Origin: the human T2T-CHM13v2.0 reference genome, Homo sapiens
Assembly (NCBI RefSeq): GCF_009914755.1
Contig: NC_060932.1
Direction: 5' to 3' (one strand)
Length of the DNA stretch: 64,000 nucleotides
Shown here: positions 42,120-54,304 of the stretch, piece after piece
Layout: each line of letters opens with the position of its first letter
Numbering within the stretch: position 1 is the stretch's first letter
Notes under the pieces: model-generated
What the model saw: only the letters and a program-made list of their open reading frames with translations
What the model was told of the DNA's origin: nothing
Database searches by the model: none
Made by a program: the position numbers and the translations under genes

Positions 42120-42590
42120 TTTACTTTTTATTTTAGGTTTGGGGATACATGTGAAGGTTTGTTACACAGGTAAACATGTCATGTGTCACAGGGGTTTGTT
42201 GTACATAGCATTTCATCACCCAGGTATTAAGCCCAGTACCCATCTTTTCTGCTCCTCTTCCTCTCCCCTCATGTGGACCCCAGTGTGTTTCTTCTTCTTT
42301 GTGTTCCTATCGTGTAGCTCCCACTTATAAGTGAGAAAATGCAGTATTTGGCTTTCTGTTCTCGCATTAGTTTGCTAAGAACAATAGCCTCCAGCTTTAT
42401 CCACATTCCCACAAAAGACATGATCTTATTCTTTATGGCTGCATACTATTCCATGGTGTATATGTACCACATTTTCTTGATCCAATTTGTCACTGATGGG
42501 CATTTAGGTTGATTTCATGTCTTTGCTATTATGAATAGTGCTGCAATGAATGTTCGTGTGCATGTGTCTTCATGGTAGAATGATTTATAT
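42120..42590 (-). mobile_element. Older L1PA 3' end with TSD
   Basis: GGGGATACATGTGAAGGTTTGTTACACAGG; TSD TCATCC(T/C)CA(C/A)TTTT at 42109 and 42591. Confidence 0.8.
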
Positions 42591-44756
42591 TCATCCCCAA
42601 TTTTAAATACCATAAAATATCATTTGTTTTCTTGCCATCAAAAACAGCTGCTCCAAGAGAAAAGGTAGGTTAGCTCCATGGACAATACATACAAGAACAA
42701 TTGCATGGTTCATGTCCTGATTTGCATGCGATTCAATAACTTAGTTAAATCCTGTGAAGTTAAATGTCCAAGAATGATACAGGTATTAATGCAGCAAATT
42801 TTGACTGGGATAATTAAGTTTCTTATTAAATACATTTTTCTCTGGCAAAGTCAAAAAACTTGCCAATTACTACACTAATTGTATTGAGTTCAGAGGTGAT
42901 TATACTGAAAAATCACTCTGGGGGCTATATAGAAATTTAACATACATCTTCTGACTTTAGTGTTTGCTTCTTTGGTTAATATTTGAACATTCCACTCTAC
43001 CTTTTCTCAGTGTGTTTGAGAACACTAAAGTATAGAAGGGAGGGTTCTGTTCACTTCCCTATGGAGAGCTAATTATGTAGATTACACTCCCTGGATTCCA
43101 ATTATTACAGATGACATCATCATTCTTTCACTTCCTGGGTCAAGGTAGAGTGGGGTACATTTGCCTAGATGCCAACATCTGTCCTCCTCCCAAATGGAAC
43201 TCAAGGGGTCAGCTCCCCTTGTTGTGTAGCATTAGAAGTAAGAGGCATTATTTTTCCTGGTTCTGTTTTTCTGTTGCATCAGATCCCTGAGAACATGAGA
43301 GGCTTTGAATTCTATGCTGAAAAATTCCCCTCAAGTATATGAGGTCCAACTGAAATCCTTTGAGCCATATTTTAGCTTTTATGCATTTCAATTATGAGGA
43401 AGAGTCAGCTGAATAGCACGAATGCAACATAAGCCAGCCAGTTGGAAGAGAGTGGTGCCATAAATTTATGAAGAGAAAGAGCCTGTTGAGAAGAGGAAAG
43501 AAATGCAGATCTCAATCACTTTAATCTATCACCTATAAAAGTGTTTAGAAAAACTGTAAATCATAAATGCTTCCATTTATAATCACTCATTTGCAAGGAG
43601 GAAGAAAAAAATCAGAGAGGAATGTCTAGGGTAGAAAATCTCATGCTCTTCCTAATGTGTCACATGTGCAATGTAGGGTATTTAAAAGGCACCATCCTTT
43701 GAGGAAGAACATACAGAAACATTGCTTTTTCCAGAAACCATATTGGTGAAAGTGTTTTGATGGAAACCAGCCTTGGGAAATGTTTTCTTCTGGCTTTGTC
43801 AGCCTAATGGGAATGGTAAAGTTGTTTCCCCAAAAAAAAAAAAAATCTTTATAGAAATATGTTGCCTCCTGGTAAGTTTAAAGTTGTCTTTTTAGGCACA
43901 GGTCAGGAAGTTATCTCAGATTCATAGTGGTGTGTGGCGTGTTCTTTCTACCCAACTTTTATCAAAGAACAAAGTTCAGAGGGCATCAGAGTTACAATTC
44001 AAACAGTCTCAGAGGAAGACAAAACAAGGCTATCTTTAATAAATAAAAACAATGGAAAAGGAATCCCAATGGCTAATGTTTATCTTGCTTCTAAGATTCC
44101 TTATGAAATAGTGGAAGAATTCTTAGGACTCATTTTTTCTTCTCTTCTCCCAGGCAATTATCAAGACTTCATTTTGTATCAGCCCAGGATCTCTTCCCTC
44201 TCTTATTGACACATCATCTGTTAGTATTTCACAATTTTTTCTAGATTCATACAGAATAGGTTTGGTCTTGAGCCCTATTTTGCTCTTGCTATCATTTGTC
44301 TCATTCTGGGGCCTCTACTATTTAAAGCCTTATATTATATGCTGATAACTTGTGATCATTTGAATAACAATATAGCCAGAGTCCCTAAATTTCATTCATC
44401 ATGTCTTGAGAGAAAACTGTTACTCCTATCTCTACTTCCAGAGCAGGGATTATCCCCAAATCATGTGACTTCCTAATAACCACTAAAATTGAAGATTTTA
44501 ATCACTTAGTTGCTAAATATTCTTAGTCACTAGACTTGTCCTCTAATAAACTTAGACTGATACATGAAGAATCTTCCCCTGACATAATTTGATGGTCAGA
44601 TGCAAAGGCCCTAGTCAGTATCTATGCTTTCCGCTTCCCCAGACTCTAAGCACTGAATTGCACTTGTTCTCTATACCCTCTATACCATCTTTTCTAGGTT
44701 TGTGCTGAAATGTTTAAAAAACTGTTTCAGAGTATATTACTGAAGGAGTGGATTTA

Positions 44757-44993
44757 TGTGTCTCAAAAAATAGCAGTAATAGCATCTCACTCTGTCGTCC
44801 AGGCTGGAGTGTAGTGGCAAAATCTCGGCTCACTGCCTCTCTGGCCTCAGCCTCCTGATTCACTGGGACTACAGGCACGTGCCACCACACCCAGCTAATT
44901 TGTCATATTTTATTTTTAGTAGAGACAGGCTTTCACCATGTTGGTCTCAAACTCCTGACCTCAAGTGATCACCCACGTCAGCCTCCCAAAGTA
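44757..44993 (-). mobile_element. Deleted Alu with TSD and an inverted tail
   Basis: Antisense Alu body; TGAAGGAGTGGATTTA at 44741 and 44994. Confidence 0.8.
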
Positions 44994-45269
44994 TGAAGGA
45001 GTGGATTTAGATACTCAGTTCTCCATTATGTCCAGATCAATCCTTCCTTATTCCTTCTCCACCTGTTGGCCACTGCTTGGCTATTCTATTTTGCACCAGT
45101 CTATTTTCTTGTTTCAGCCTAGACCCAAGGGACCATCCCTTCAATGTTTTTCCTGTAAATCTGCACTGCCATTTCCAACTCTGGGTCAATTCAACCACCC
45201 GCCATCTCTGACTTACATATCTGGACTATTGAACCCTGTTGGTGCAAATTCACAAAGTCAAAGGCACCA

Positions 45270-45497
45270 GAATGTACTTTCTGAACTCTGGCTGTACATT
45301 AGAACTAACTAACTGAGGAGCTTCGGGAAAAAAAATATATGTATATCTATATATAGATATCTATAGATCTATATATAGAGAAAGATATATTTCTTCCCAG
45401 AACAATTAAATCAGCATCTTTCAGGGGAGAAACTGGGAACGTGTATTCTTGCAAAGTTCCTAAGTGATTCTATTATGAAGGAGGGATTGAGAATCTG
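45270..45497. mobile_element. MER5-like hAT-Charlie element containing a TA-rich repeat
   Basis: CAATTAAATCAGCATCT...AAGTTCCTAAGTGATTCT. Confidence 0.55.
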
Positions 45498-45796
45498 AAA
45501 TTACACATCTGTGGTTGCCAGTGTCAGCCGGGTCCTTATTTTCATTTCCTTCTCCTCTGTTCTATTCTTTTAGCTGTTGACCTTGACTTTCACCTCCTTT
45601 AAATAATTGCCATTGGGCAGAAATTCCAGCTTCTCCTTGCTTTCATCCAGACCCTACCGGCCTACATCTGTTTCATCCCTAATCTTTACCTTTCAAATAA
45701 AGCAACAGAAAAATATTTTTTCATTTTAATCTCCCATCCTCACCCATCTTCTATATCTATCCTTGAAGTTCTTTCCCATTAATATTTAAATATTGC

Positions 45797-46050
45797 TTTG
45801 TGCAGTGGCTCACACCTGTAATTGCAGCACTTTAAAAGGCCAAGGTGAATCACTTGAGTCCAGATGTTCTAGGCCAGCCTGGGCAACATAGCAAGACTCC
45901 ACCTCTAGCTGGGCATGGTGGCACATGCCTATAGTCCAAGCTACTTGGGAGGCTGAAATGGAAGGACTTCTGGAGTCCAAGACTGCAGGGAGCTATGATC
46001 ACATCACTGCACACCAGCCTGTATGATAGAGTGAGATCCGGTTTCTAATT
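45797..46050 (+). mobile_element. AluJ (deleted)
   Basis: GCAGTGGCTCACACCTGTAATTGCAGCAC...GAGCTATGATCACATCACTGCAC. Confidence 0.85.
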
Positions 46051-46079
46051 AAAACAAAAGAAAACATTTAAACCTGCTC

Positions 46080-46830
46080 AAATTGTTGCCACCTTTAAAA
46101 TAGTGTCTCACCTATGCCTTGGCCTCTTCCTTTATAAAATTGATTAAACAGCAATCTAAGCTTTCTCCATTTTATCACATTATATTTACTTTTCAAACTA
46201 CTGAAAATCTAGTTTCCACCCATCTGTATGATTATTCTCACTGTGCCAATGATTAACTATTTGTTATTAAATCCAAAGGATGTTTTCTAGGCTTATCTTT
46301 TTTGAACTCTTGATAGCATTCGATTCTGCTCATTCATCAGGTTTCTTATTTTCTCTTTTCCATGGGCTTCTTGACACATTTTCCTTCATGGATCCTTCTG
46401 CCCTGGTCCTTGATTCTCTCCTTTTTTTTTTTCTTTTTTCAACACATTTTTCCTTTGTAAGTTAATTAAATCCCATGGCTCCAATTACTACTTACATGTG
46501 AATGACTCCCAAGTCACACGTGCGTCTCAGAATTCTCCCCTGAGCTCATGAAAAGCTCCATTTGGTCAAGAGCATAGTAGCTAAGAATTTGAGCCCTCCA
46601 AAGTCTACGCTTTCTCTATTACCTATCTAAGCAAATGGCTGGCCCCTATCTAGCTGCAGAAGCCAGAAACAGTCATGTGATTCCACCTCTTAATGTCCCC
46701 AGAATCCAATCCCTATGTTGTATTTCTACTACCATAGTTTAGGCTCCCCTCATTCCTTGCCTAGCTTACGGGTAGAGGAGCATAGTGGACTTCTTACTTC
46801 AGTCTGGCCCCTATCTAATGTTTTCTATAT
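46080..46830 (+). mobile_element. L2 relic
   Basis: CCCATGGCTCCAATTACTACTTACATGTGAATGACTCCCAAGTC. Confidence 0.55.
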
Positions 46831-48129
46831 ACTCCATCTCTTTTCTGTCTGTCCTTGGACTTGAAGATGTTCATTTGGGTCTTTCAAGGTAGAAATCAAA
46901 GGGGGTAAAAAAACAAAAGGATACATCAAGAGAGCGTTTGAAGTGAAGATCCATGAGTCTTACCTAGATAGCAGAAGAAATGGAAACAAAAAGGTCATAG
47001 ACACATCGGAAGAACGGGAAAAGATCAGTGTAATAGAGATCATGACACTGAAGAACAGGTAAAGGAGTGAAGGAGACAGATGGGAGAGGAAGAAAATGAA
47101 GTGCTTTTTCACTTTTCAGATAAATTTGATCCGTCCTTTTGCTAAAGCATCCCTAGATAGAGTTTTTAAAACATGCCAACATAAACCTGCAAAGGAAGTA
47201 GATAATGAAGTCTGTAGAGAGAGGCCTTGGTATTAAGTAGGTCAGTGTTTATGGTATGGAAACCAGGACCAGTGGGAGGAAACTGGATCCTTTCACACTA
47301 CACTATGTCAAGTACAGATTAAATAGAAAAAAATCCACATTGTTTTCCAAAATACAGTTTTATATTCCTCCTGGGAATATATTTATGGAGAGACAATCCT
47401 TAAACTTCTGGAGAGCTTTTGCCTTTCAGAAAAATTTAGGTAGGTGAAAGAGTAATTGGAGTCTTCAATCTTTAAGCCCGTGAGTAAAGTTGTAAAAAGT
47501 CATGACAAGTTATTTAGCACAAAATTGAAAATTCAATCATATCTGCAAGATCCATCACAACTGGGGTTGCCTTACCTTTCCAGCTTCATCTCTTACTCTG
47601 TCCCTTTGCTGTCTCAAATGCAGTAAGATGGAAGTACTTTTAATTCACTAAGCATTACCATGTTTTCTCATTCATCTTTATGTTTTTGTCACTCTCTTGA
47701 CTTGAAGTCATAGCCTCTGTGCAAGCTCCTCTACCAGGAAAGTGTTAGAAACATAATAACTGCTGACTAAATGCTTTTGAAATAAAAGACAAAGTTTTGA
47801 GTAGAAAAGCTATGCACAGAAAGGAGCCGTTTGCATGGTGATTTTTAAAAATCAGTGAACAGATTTTGTTTTAACCAAAATAAAATAATGAGACTATTGA
47901 AGGGTTTCTACAGCCTTAGATTTGCAGGCATTAGGCTACTGGGAAAGCCCAGGGCTGTGATGGTGCAGATGGGGGTAAATATAAGACAGTATAAAGAGAA
48001 AACTGCACATCCAGATATGACCTTGATGGTGTCCAATCGTCTGGGTCTGCAGTTTTTTCTTTATATCAGGAGGCTAGGTTCCATCACAAGTTAATGTCTA
48101 TCAGGTTCATCATCTGAACAGAGATTCTA

Positions 48130-48470
48130 CATCATGCTTAATCTTAAGTTTCTCCTATTCTATAAAGACTGCAGATACACATGGAATACTCCATTGCAAA
48201 ATCCCATTTACTAAGGTATAGTTGTAGGTGAGGAGATGTGGAATTTCTGGGTCACAGGTTTTGTAAGTAATGCCAAACAGTCTTAAACACTGCACTAGTT
48301 CACATTGCCGCCTGCAGCTTATGAGAGTTTCACTTAACATCCTTATCTGCATTTGTTATTTCTGCCTGAATAACTACCTTTGGTATTTTCATTATTGCTT
48401 GTTTACCAGTAATGAATTGCCTCATTTTTGTTCCACTGAAGTATGTTTATTTCATTTTCTTTCTTTTTAA
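48130..48470 (-). mobile_element. Old L1M fragment
   Basis: GTGGAATTTCTGGGTCACAGG...TGCCAAACAGTC. Confidence 0.55.
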
Positions 48471-48481
48471 AAGAACTGTCT

Positions 48482-48721
48482 CTGTAATCCCAGCACTTTG
48501 GGAGGCAGGTGGGTCATCTGATGTCAGGAGTTCGAGACCAGCCTGACCAACATGGTGAAACCCTGTCTTTACTAAAAATACAAAAATTAGCTGAGTGTAG
48601 TGGCACACACCTGTCATCCCAGCTACTTAGGAGGCCGTGACAGGAGAATCGCTGGAGGTTGCAGTGAGCTGAGATCGCACCATTGCACTCCAGCCTGGGC
48701 AACAGAGCAAGACTCCATCTC
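48482..48721 (+). mobile_element. AluS lacking its head and poly(A) tail, abutting the NUMT
   Basis: CTGTAATCCCAGCACTTTGG...GCAAGACTCCATCTC, then D-loop sequence directly. Confidence 0.9.
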
Positions 48722-49551
48722 GCTTGGGGGTGACTATACTGAAACTATACCTGGCATCCAGTTCTTACATCAGGTCAATAAAATTAAGATCGCCCACTCT
48801 TTCCCCTTAAATAAGACATCTAGATGGACTAATGACTACCACCCTATTAACCAGTCACAGGAGCACTGTCACGCATTTGGTATTTTTAACTGTAGGGGAT
48901 GCCATCACTCAACATCGCGGAAGGCCTAGTCCCTGCTGAATCCACTGTAGACGAACTCGGATTTGATTCCTGCCAAATCAATTGTAGAAGCTGAGCTTTT
49001 ATTGAATATTCTGGGCTGACACAGTAACCATACAGTGTTAATTAATTCATGCTTGAAGGACATAACAATCAGTAGACCTGCACGTATGCTCACTTTCAAG
49101 AACTATTTCCAATTAGATCCGCAACCCCCACCCCCATCTCTGAATTTACCATCAACCTAGGTAAATGTACCCTTGCCAAACCTCAAAAACAAGACTAAAA
49201 TGCAACCCAGTTGGAGCCCAGAAATCACATTTTAACCATGAATACAACAGCTACCACTCAATTGATGTAATTTTTCTAAAAATCGTAAGACCCTCCCACT
49301 AAATTAATACTGCATTTTGTATAACTCAATTTCCACCCTAATACTAATATAATACCTTGAGCATCTCCCTCTGAAAGCACTGCCCCATATATCATATCCT
49401 AAATAAATTATACTCTAATTATAAGTAATCCTCTCAGCCAAAGCTCTGCCAATTCAACTTTAAAGACCCTGAATTTCCAAAACTGTAAACGACTATTTAT
49501 ATGTATTTCTTTCTGTCTTATACTTCAACTTTATACTTAAGTATTTATGTA
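48722..49551 (+). pseudogene. Mitochondrial control-region copy with CSB1-3
   Basis: TTCCCCTTAAATAAGACATC central domain; CSB1-like ATGCTTGAAGGACATA (~49050), CSB2-like C-tract (~49124), CSB3-like TGCCAAACCTCAAAAACAAGA (~49174). Confidence 0.9.
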
Positions 49552-49622
49552 GCTAATGTAGCTTAATTATTCAAAGCAAGACACTGAAAATATCTAGATG
49601 GGTCTGCACAACCCCATAAACA
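49552..49622 (+). pseudogene. mt-tRNA-Phe copy
   Basis: ATGTAGCTTAA...CACTGAAAAT...CCCCATAAACA. Confidence 0.9.
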
Positions 49623-50521
49623 GATAGGTTTGGCCCTGACCTTTTTATTAGCTCTTAGTAAGATTACACATGCAAGCATCCCTGCCCCAGCGAAAATGCC
49701 CTCAGAGCAGGTATCAAGCATGAATACAGCTCAAAACACTTTGCCCAACTACACCCCCACAGGAACAGAAGTGATAAATCTTTATTAATAATAATCGAAA
49801 GTTTAACTAAGCTATACTAATAGTTAGGGTTGGTCAATTTCGTGCCAGCCACCACACGATTAACCCGAGCTAATGGAACTCAGCGTAAAGAGTGTTTAAG
49901 GTCTGCCCTCAATAAAGTTAAAGCCCATCTAAGTTGTAAAAAACTCCAGCTGAAATAAAATGTACTACAAAAGTAGCTTTAATACCCTGAAGACACAATA
50001 GCTAAGACCCAAACTGGGATTAGATACCCCACTAGAGTTACATTAACAAAACCATTTGCCTGAGCAACAGCTTAAAACTCAAAGGACTTGGCAGTGCTTT
50101 ATATCCCTCTAGAGGAGCCTGTTCTATAATCAATGAACCCTGATACACCTCACCGCCTCTTGCCCCCAGCCTATATAGGGCCATCTTCAGCAAACCCTAA
50201 AAAGTTTATTGAGTAAGCACAAGTACACACATAAAAATGTTAGGTCAAGGTGTAGCCCATGAGATGGCAAGAAATGGGATACATTTTCTATGTCCAGAAA
50301 ATCTCACGACAACCTTTATGAAATCTAAGGACTCAGGAAGATTTAGCAATAAACCAAGAGCAGAGTGCTTGGTTGAATAAGGCTATGAAGCATGCACACA
50401 CCACCCGTCACCCTCCTCAAATATCCCTCTAGAAATCACTATTACTAATAATTTTCTATGCATGTATAAAGGAGATAAGTCATAACATGGTAAGTGTACT
50501 GGAAAGTAGCCTTGGACAAAC
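49623..50521 (+). pseudogene. mt 12S rRNA copy
   Basis: CAAACTGGGATTAGATACCCCACTA, CGTGCCAGCCACC, GTAAGTGTACTGGAAAG. Confidence 0.95.
50259..50321 (+). other. MOTS-c-like small ORF (MRWQEMGYIFYVQKISRQPL*)
   Basis: Open in the standard code; first 11 aa identical to MOTS-c (MRWQEMGYIFYPRKLR); no evidence of expression. Confidence 0.6.
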
Positions 50522-50590
50522 CAAAGTGTAGCTTAACCCAAGGTATCTGGCTTACACCTGGAGGATTCCATCATGACCTGATCACTTTAA
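50522..50590 (+). pseudogene. mt-tRNA-Val copy
   Basis: CAAAGTGTAGCTTAA...CTTACAC between 12S and 16S. Confidence 0.9.
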
Positions 50591-52116
50591 GCCAACTCTA
50601 GCCCCAAACCTCGCTAAAAATTTTATCAAACTATCTTAATCAAACCATTTACCTTAGACAAAAGTATAGGCAATAGAAATTTTTACCCTGGCACGATAGA
50701 CATAGTACCGTAAGGGAAAGATGAAAGAACTATATCAAGCATTAAAAAGCAAAGCAAAACCCTTATACCTTCTGCATAATGTATTAACTAGAAATAACTT
50801 TACACAGAGAACTACGGCCAAGTGTCCCAAAACCAGATGAACCACCCAAGAACAGCTGAAAGAGCAGACTCACCTATGTGGCAAAATAGTAAGAAGATTG
50901 ATAAGTAGTGGTGATAGCTGGTTGTCCAAGATGGAATTTTAGTTCAACTTTAAATTTACCCACAGAATTACTTAATCTTCCTGTATGTTTAACTGAGTCT
51001 AAAAACAGGGACAGCTCTTTAGACATTAGGAAACAACCTTCCTACAGAGAGTAAAAAATATTACCACCATCGTTGGCCCAAAAGCAGCCACCAATTAAGA
51101 AAGTGTTTAAGCTCAACATCTAACTATCTTAAATTCTAATCACGCTACTGAACCCCTAACATCACATTGGTCTAATCTATTACTTAATAGAAGCAATAAT
51201 GTTAACATAAGTAATATGAAGATATTCTCCATTGTATAAGCTTACATCAGACTGGAATAATCCACTTACAGTTAGCAGCATAACATTAATAAACAATATA
51301 ATAAGCACCCTATTGTTTACACTGTTAACCAACACAGGTATGCTCTAAGGAAAAATTACAAAAAGTAAAAGGAACTTGGCAAATCTTGTCCCGCCTATTT
51401 ACCAAAAACATCACCTCTAGCATTACCAGTATTAGAGGCACTGCCTGTCCAGTGACATATGTTCGATGGCCGCAGTATCCTGACTGTGCAAAGGTAGCAT
51501 AATCACTTGTTCCCTAAATAGGGACTTATATGAATGGCCACATGAGGGTTCAGCTGTCTCTTACTTTTAATCAGTGAAATTGACGTATCCATGAAAAGGC
51601 AGATATAAACAAATAAGACGAGAAGACCCTATGGAACTTTAGTTCATTAATACAAGTAAAACTCAAGCCTACAGGCCCTAGCCTACTCCCCCTGCATTAA
51701 AAATTTTGGTTGAGGTGACCTCAGGGCATAATCCAACCTCTGAACAACCTAAACTAAGACCGCACTACTCTAAGTGAATACACATTGACCCAATAATTTG
51801 ATCAATGGAATAAGTTATGCTAGGGATAACAGTGCAATCCTATTCTAGAGTCCATAGCGACAATAGGGATGACTACCTCGATGCTGAATCAGGACATCTT
51901 AATGCTGGAGCCGCTATTAAGAGTTTGTTTGTTCAACGATTAAAGTCCTACGTGATCTGAATTCAGACCAGAATAATCCAGGTCAGTTCCTATCTATTTA
52001 ACATTTCTCCTAGTATGAAACAAGAGAAATAGGGCTCACTTAATAAAGCACCCTCGCTCCATAGATGATCCTATCTCAATCCAACAAATCATCACACACC
52101 CTACCCAAGAACAGGG
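50591..52116 (+). pseudogene. mt 16S rRNA copy
   Basis: CGCCTATTTACCAAAAACATCACCTCTAGC, AAGACGAGAAGACCCTATGG, CAACGATTAAAGTCCTACGTGATCTGA. Confidence 0.95.
51534..51608 (+). pseudogene. Humanin-like (MTRNR2L-type) ORF with premature stop: MAT*GFSCLLLLISEIDVSMKRQI*
   Basis: 24-codon frame colinear with humanin; TGA at codon 4 (51543-51545). Confidence 0.85.
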
Positions 52117-52184
52117 CTTAAGATGGCAGAGGCCGGAAATTGCATAAAACTTTATAATCAGAGGTTCAACTCCTCTTCTTAACA
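52117..52184 (+). pseudogene. mt-tRNA-Leu(UUR) copy with deletion
   Basis: TTAAGATGGCAGAG...CAGAGGTTCAACTCCTCTTCTTAACA; one TAAAACT unit lost. Confidence 0.85.
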
Positions 52185-52186
52185 AT

Positions 52187-53133
52187 ATGCCTATAATTAA
52201 CCTTTTCCTACTCATTATCCCCACTCTTATTGCTATAGCATTCCTTATATTCATTGGATAAAAAATCTTAGGCTATATACAACTATGCAAAGGACCTAAC
52301 ATTGTAGGTCCCTATGGGCTGCTTCAACCAGTCGTTGATGCAATAAAACTTTTCACCAAAGAACCCTTAAGGCCCTCAATATCTACTATTACCCTCTATA
52401 TTACTGCTCCAATCCTAGCCCTTTCTATTGCTCTCGTCTTATGAACTTCCCTCCCTATACCAGACCCTCTAATTAATTTCAATATAGGCCTCCTATTTAT
52501 ACTAGCCACATCAAGCCTGGCTGTCTACTCTGTGATCAGGATGAGCATCTAATTCAAAATATTCACTAATCGACACATTGTGAGCTGTGGCCCAGACAAT
52601 TTCATACAAGGTCACCCTAGCCATTATCCTATCAGTTCTACTGATAAGTACATGTAAGTTAAATGAGCCAGTTATCACAGTGCAAGAATTCCTCTGACTG
52701 GTCTTGCTATCATGGCCTCTAACCATAATACGATTTATCTCCATACTAGCGAAACTAACCGAGCGCTTTTTGATCTAACAGAGGAGGAGTCAGAGTTAGT
52801 CTCAGGCTTCAACATCGAATATGCCACAGGCTCATTTGCCCTCTTCTTTATAGCAGAATACATGACTGTTATCATAATAAATGTCCTAACTACTACTGTC
52901 TTCCTAGGAGCACTACACACTATATATTCACGAGAACTCTATGCCACAAATTTCATTTCCTACAGCCTTCTTTTAACCACCCTATTTTTATGAATTTGAA
53001 CAGCATACCCTTGATTCCGTTATGACCAGCTCCTGTATCTTCTATAAAAAAATTTCCCACCACTTAAGCTAGCATTCTGCATATGATATATCTCAATGCC
53101 GGTCGTAATTTCCAGCATGCCACCCCAAACATA
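52187..53133 (+). pseudogene. ND1 pseudogene (MT-ND1-like)
   Basis: [14 protein letters not shown]; [24 protein letters not shown]; in-frame TAA near 52259. Confidence 0.95.
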
Positions 53134-53201
53134 GGAAATATGTCTGACAAAATAATTACTTTGATAGAGTAAACAATACAGGTTAAAATCTCTCATTTCT
53201 A
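53134..53201 (+). pseudogene. mt-tRNA-Ile copy (3' half tandemly duplicated)
   Basis: GAAATATGTCTGA...TTACTTTGATAGAGTAA. Confidence 0.85.
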
Positions 53202-53233
53202 GAACTACAATAGAGGTTAAAATCCTCTTATTT

Positions 53234-53305
53234 CTAGAACTATAAGAATTGAACCTACCCCTGAGAATCCAAAATTATCTGTGCTACCTATTACACTATG
53301 TACTA
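53234..53305 (-). pseudogene. mt-tRNA-Gln copy
   Basis: TAGAACTATAAGAATTGAACC...GAGAATCCAAAATT. Confidence 0.85.
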
Positions 53306-53306
53306 G

Positions 53307-53374
53307 AGTAAGGTCAGCTAAATAAGCTGTTGGGCCCATACCCCAAAAATGTTGGTTACACCCTTCCCATGGCA
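53307..53374 (+). pseudogene. mt-tRNA-Met copy
   Basis: AGTAAGGTCAGCTAAATAAGCT...GGGCCCATACCCC. Confidence 0.9.
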
Positions 53375-54271
53375 ATTAATCCCTTAGCTCAACTTGTTAT
53401 TTCCCTGTTTTCACAGGAACTCTTATCACAATGCTAGGCTCACACTGATTTCTCGTCTGAACAGGCCTAGAAATAAACATGCTCGCCCTTACCCCAATCT
53501 TAATTAAAAAAAAAAATCCCCGCTCTACAGAAGCAGCCACCAAATATTTCCTTACACAAGCACCACATCTATAATTCTCATGATAGGTATCCTTTCCAAT
53601 AACCTGTCCTCTGGACAATGAACAATAAACACTATTAATCAGTTTTCATCCTTAATAATAATAGTGGCCCTAGTAATAAAACTAGGAATAGCCCCCTTTC
53701 ACTTCTGAGTCCCACAGTTAACCCAAGAAACCTCTCTAATTTCTGGCATACTTCTCCTCACATGACAAAAACTAGCCCCTATCTCGATTATGTTTCTAAT
53801 TTTCCCATCAACAAACACGAACATCCTCCTGTCTATCACAATCCTATCCATTATAGTAAGCGGTTAAGAAGGGCTTAACCAAACAACTGCATAAAATCTT
53901 AGACTACTCTTCAATCACTCACATAGGTTGAATAATAGTACTAATCTATAACCCAAACATTACCATTCTAAACCTGATTTTTTTTAACTTTTAACTTGCT
54001 TTAATAATTGGATTCAATTAATATCAGTATTATTGTGTATAGTAAATCCTTAACATTGTTGATAGTTTTTTAGAAACCGATTTTAAGCAAAATGAAACAA
54101 AAGAAAACCCATTTTACCCTAGGCTAATTGATATCAGCAAGAGTTAAGTTCCTACAGCATATTTCTGGTCACAAAAACATCACCAAACTTCTGAATAAAG
54201 ACCAAACACTTCTAATATTTAACACTGAAATAAATATGAGCTATATGTACATTGAAGAAAAACCAATAAAA

Positions 54272-54304
54272 ATCACTTCTCAGCGTTTTAGCTAAGATCA
54301 AGTG
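54272..54304 (+). pseudogene. 3'-truncated U2 snRNA pseudogene
   Basis: ATCACTTCTCAGCGTTTTAGCTAAGATCAAGTG is 29/33 identical to U2 nt 1-33; 17-bp TSD at 54255 and 54305. Confidence 0.85.

Noticed and set aside
45335-45385. TA/GA-rich palindrome
   Set aside because: Low-complexity expansion that is self-complementary by composition.
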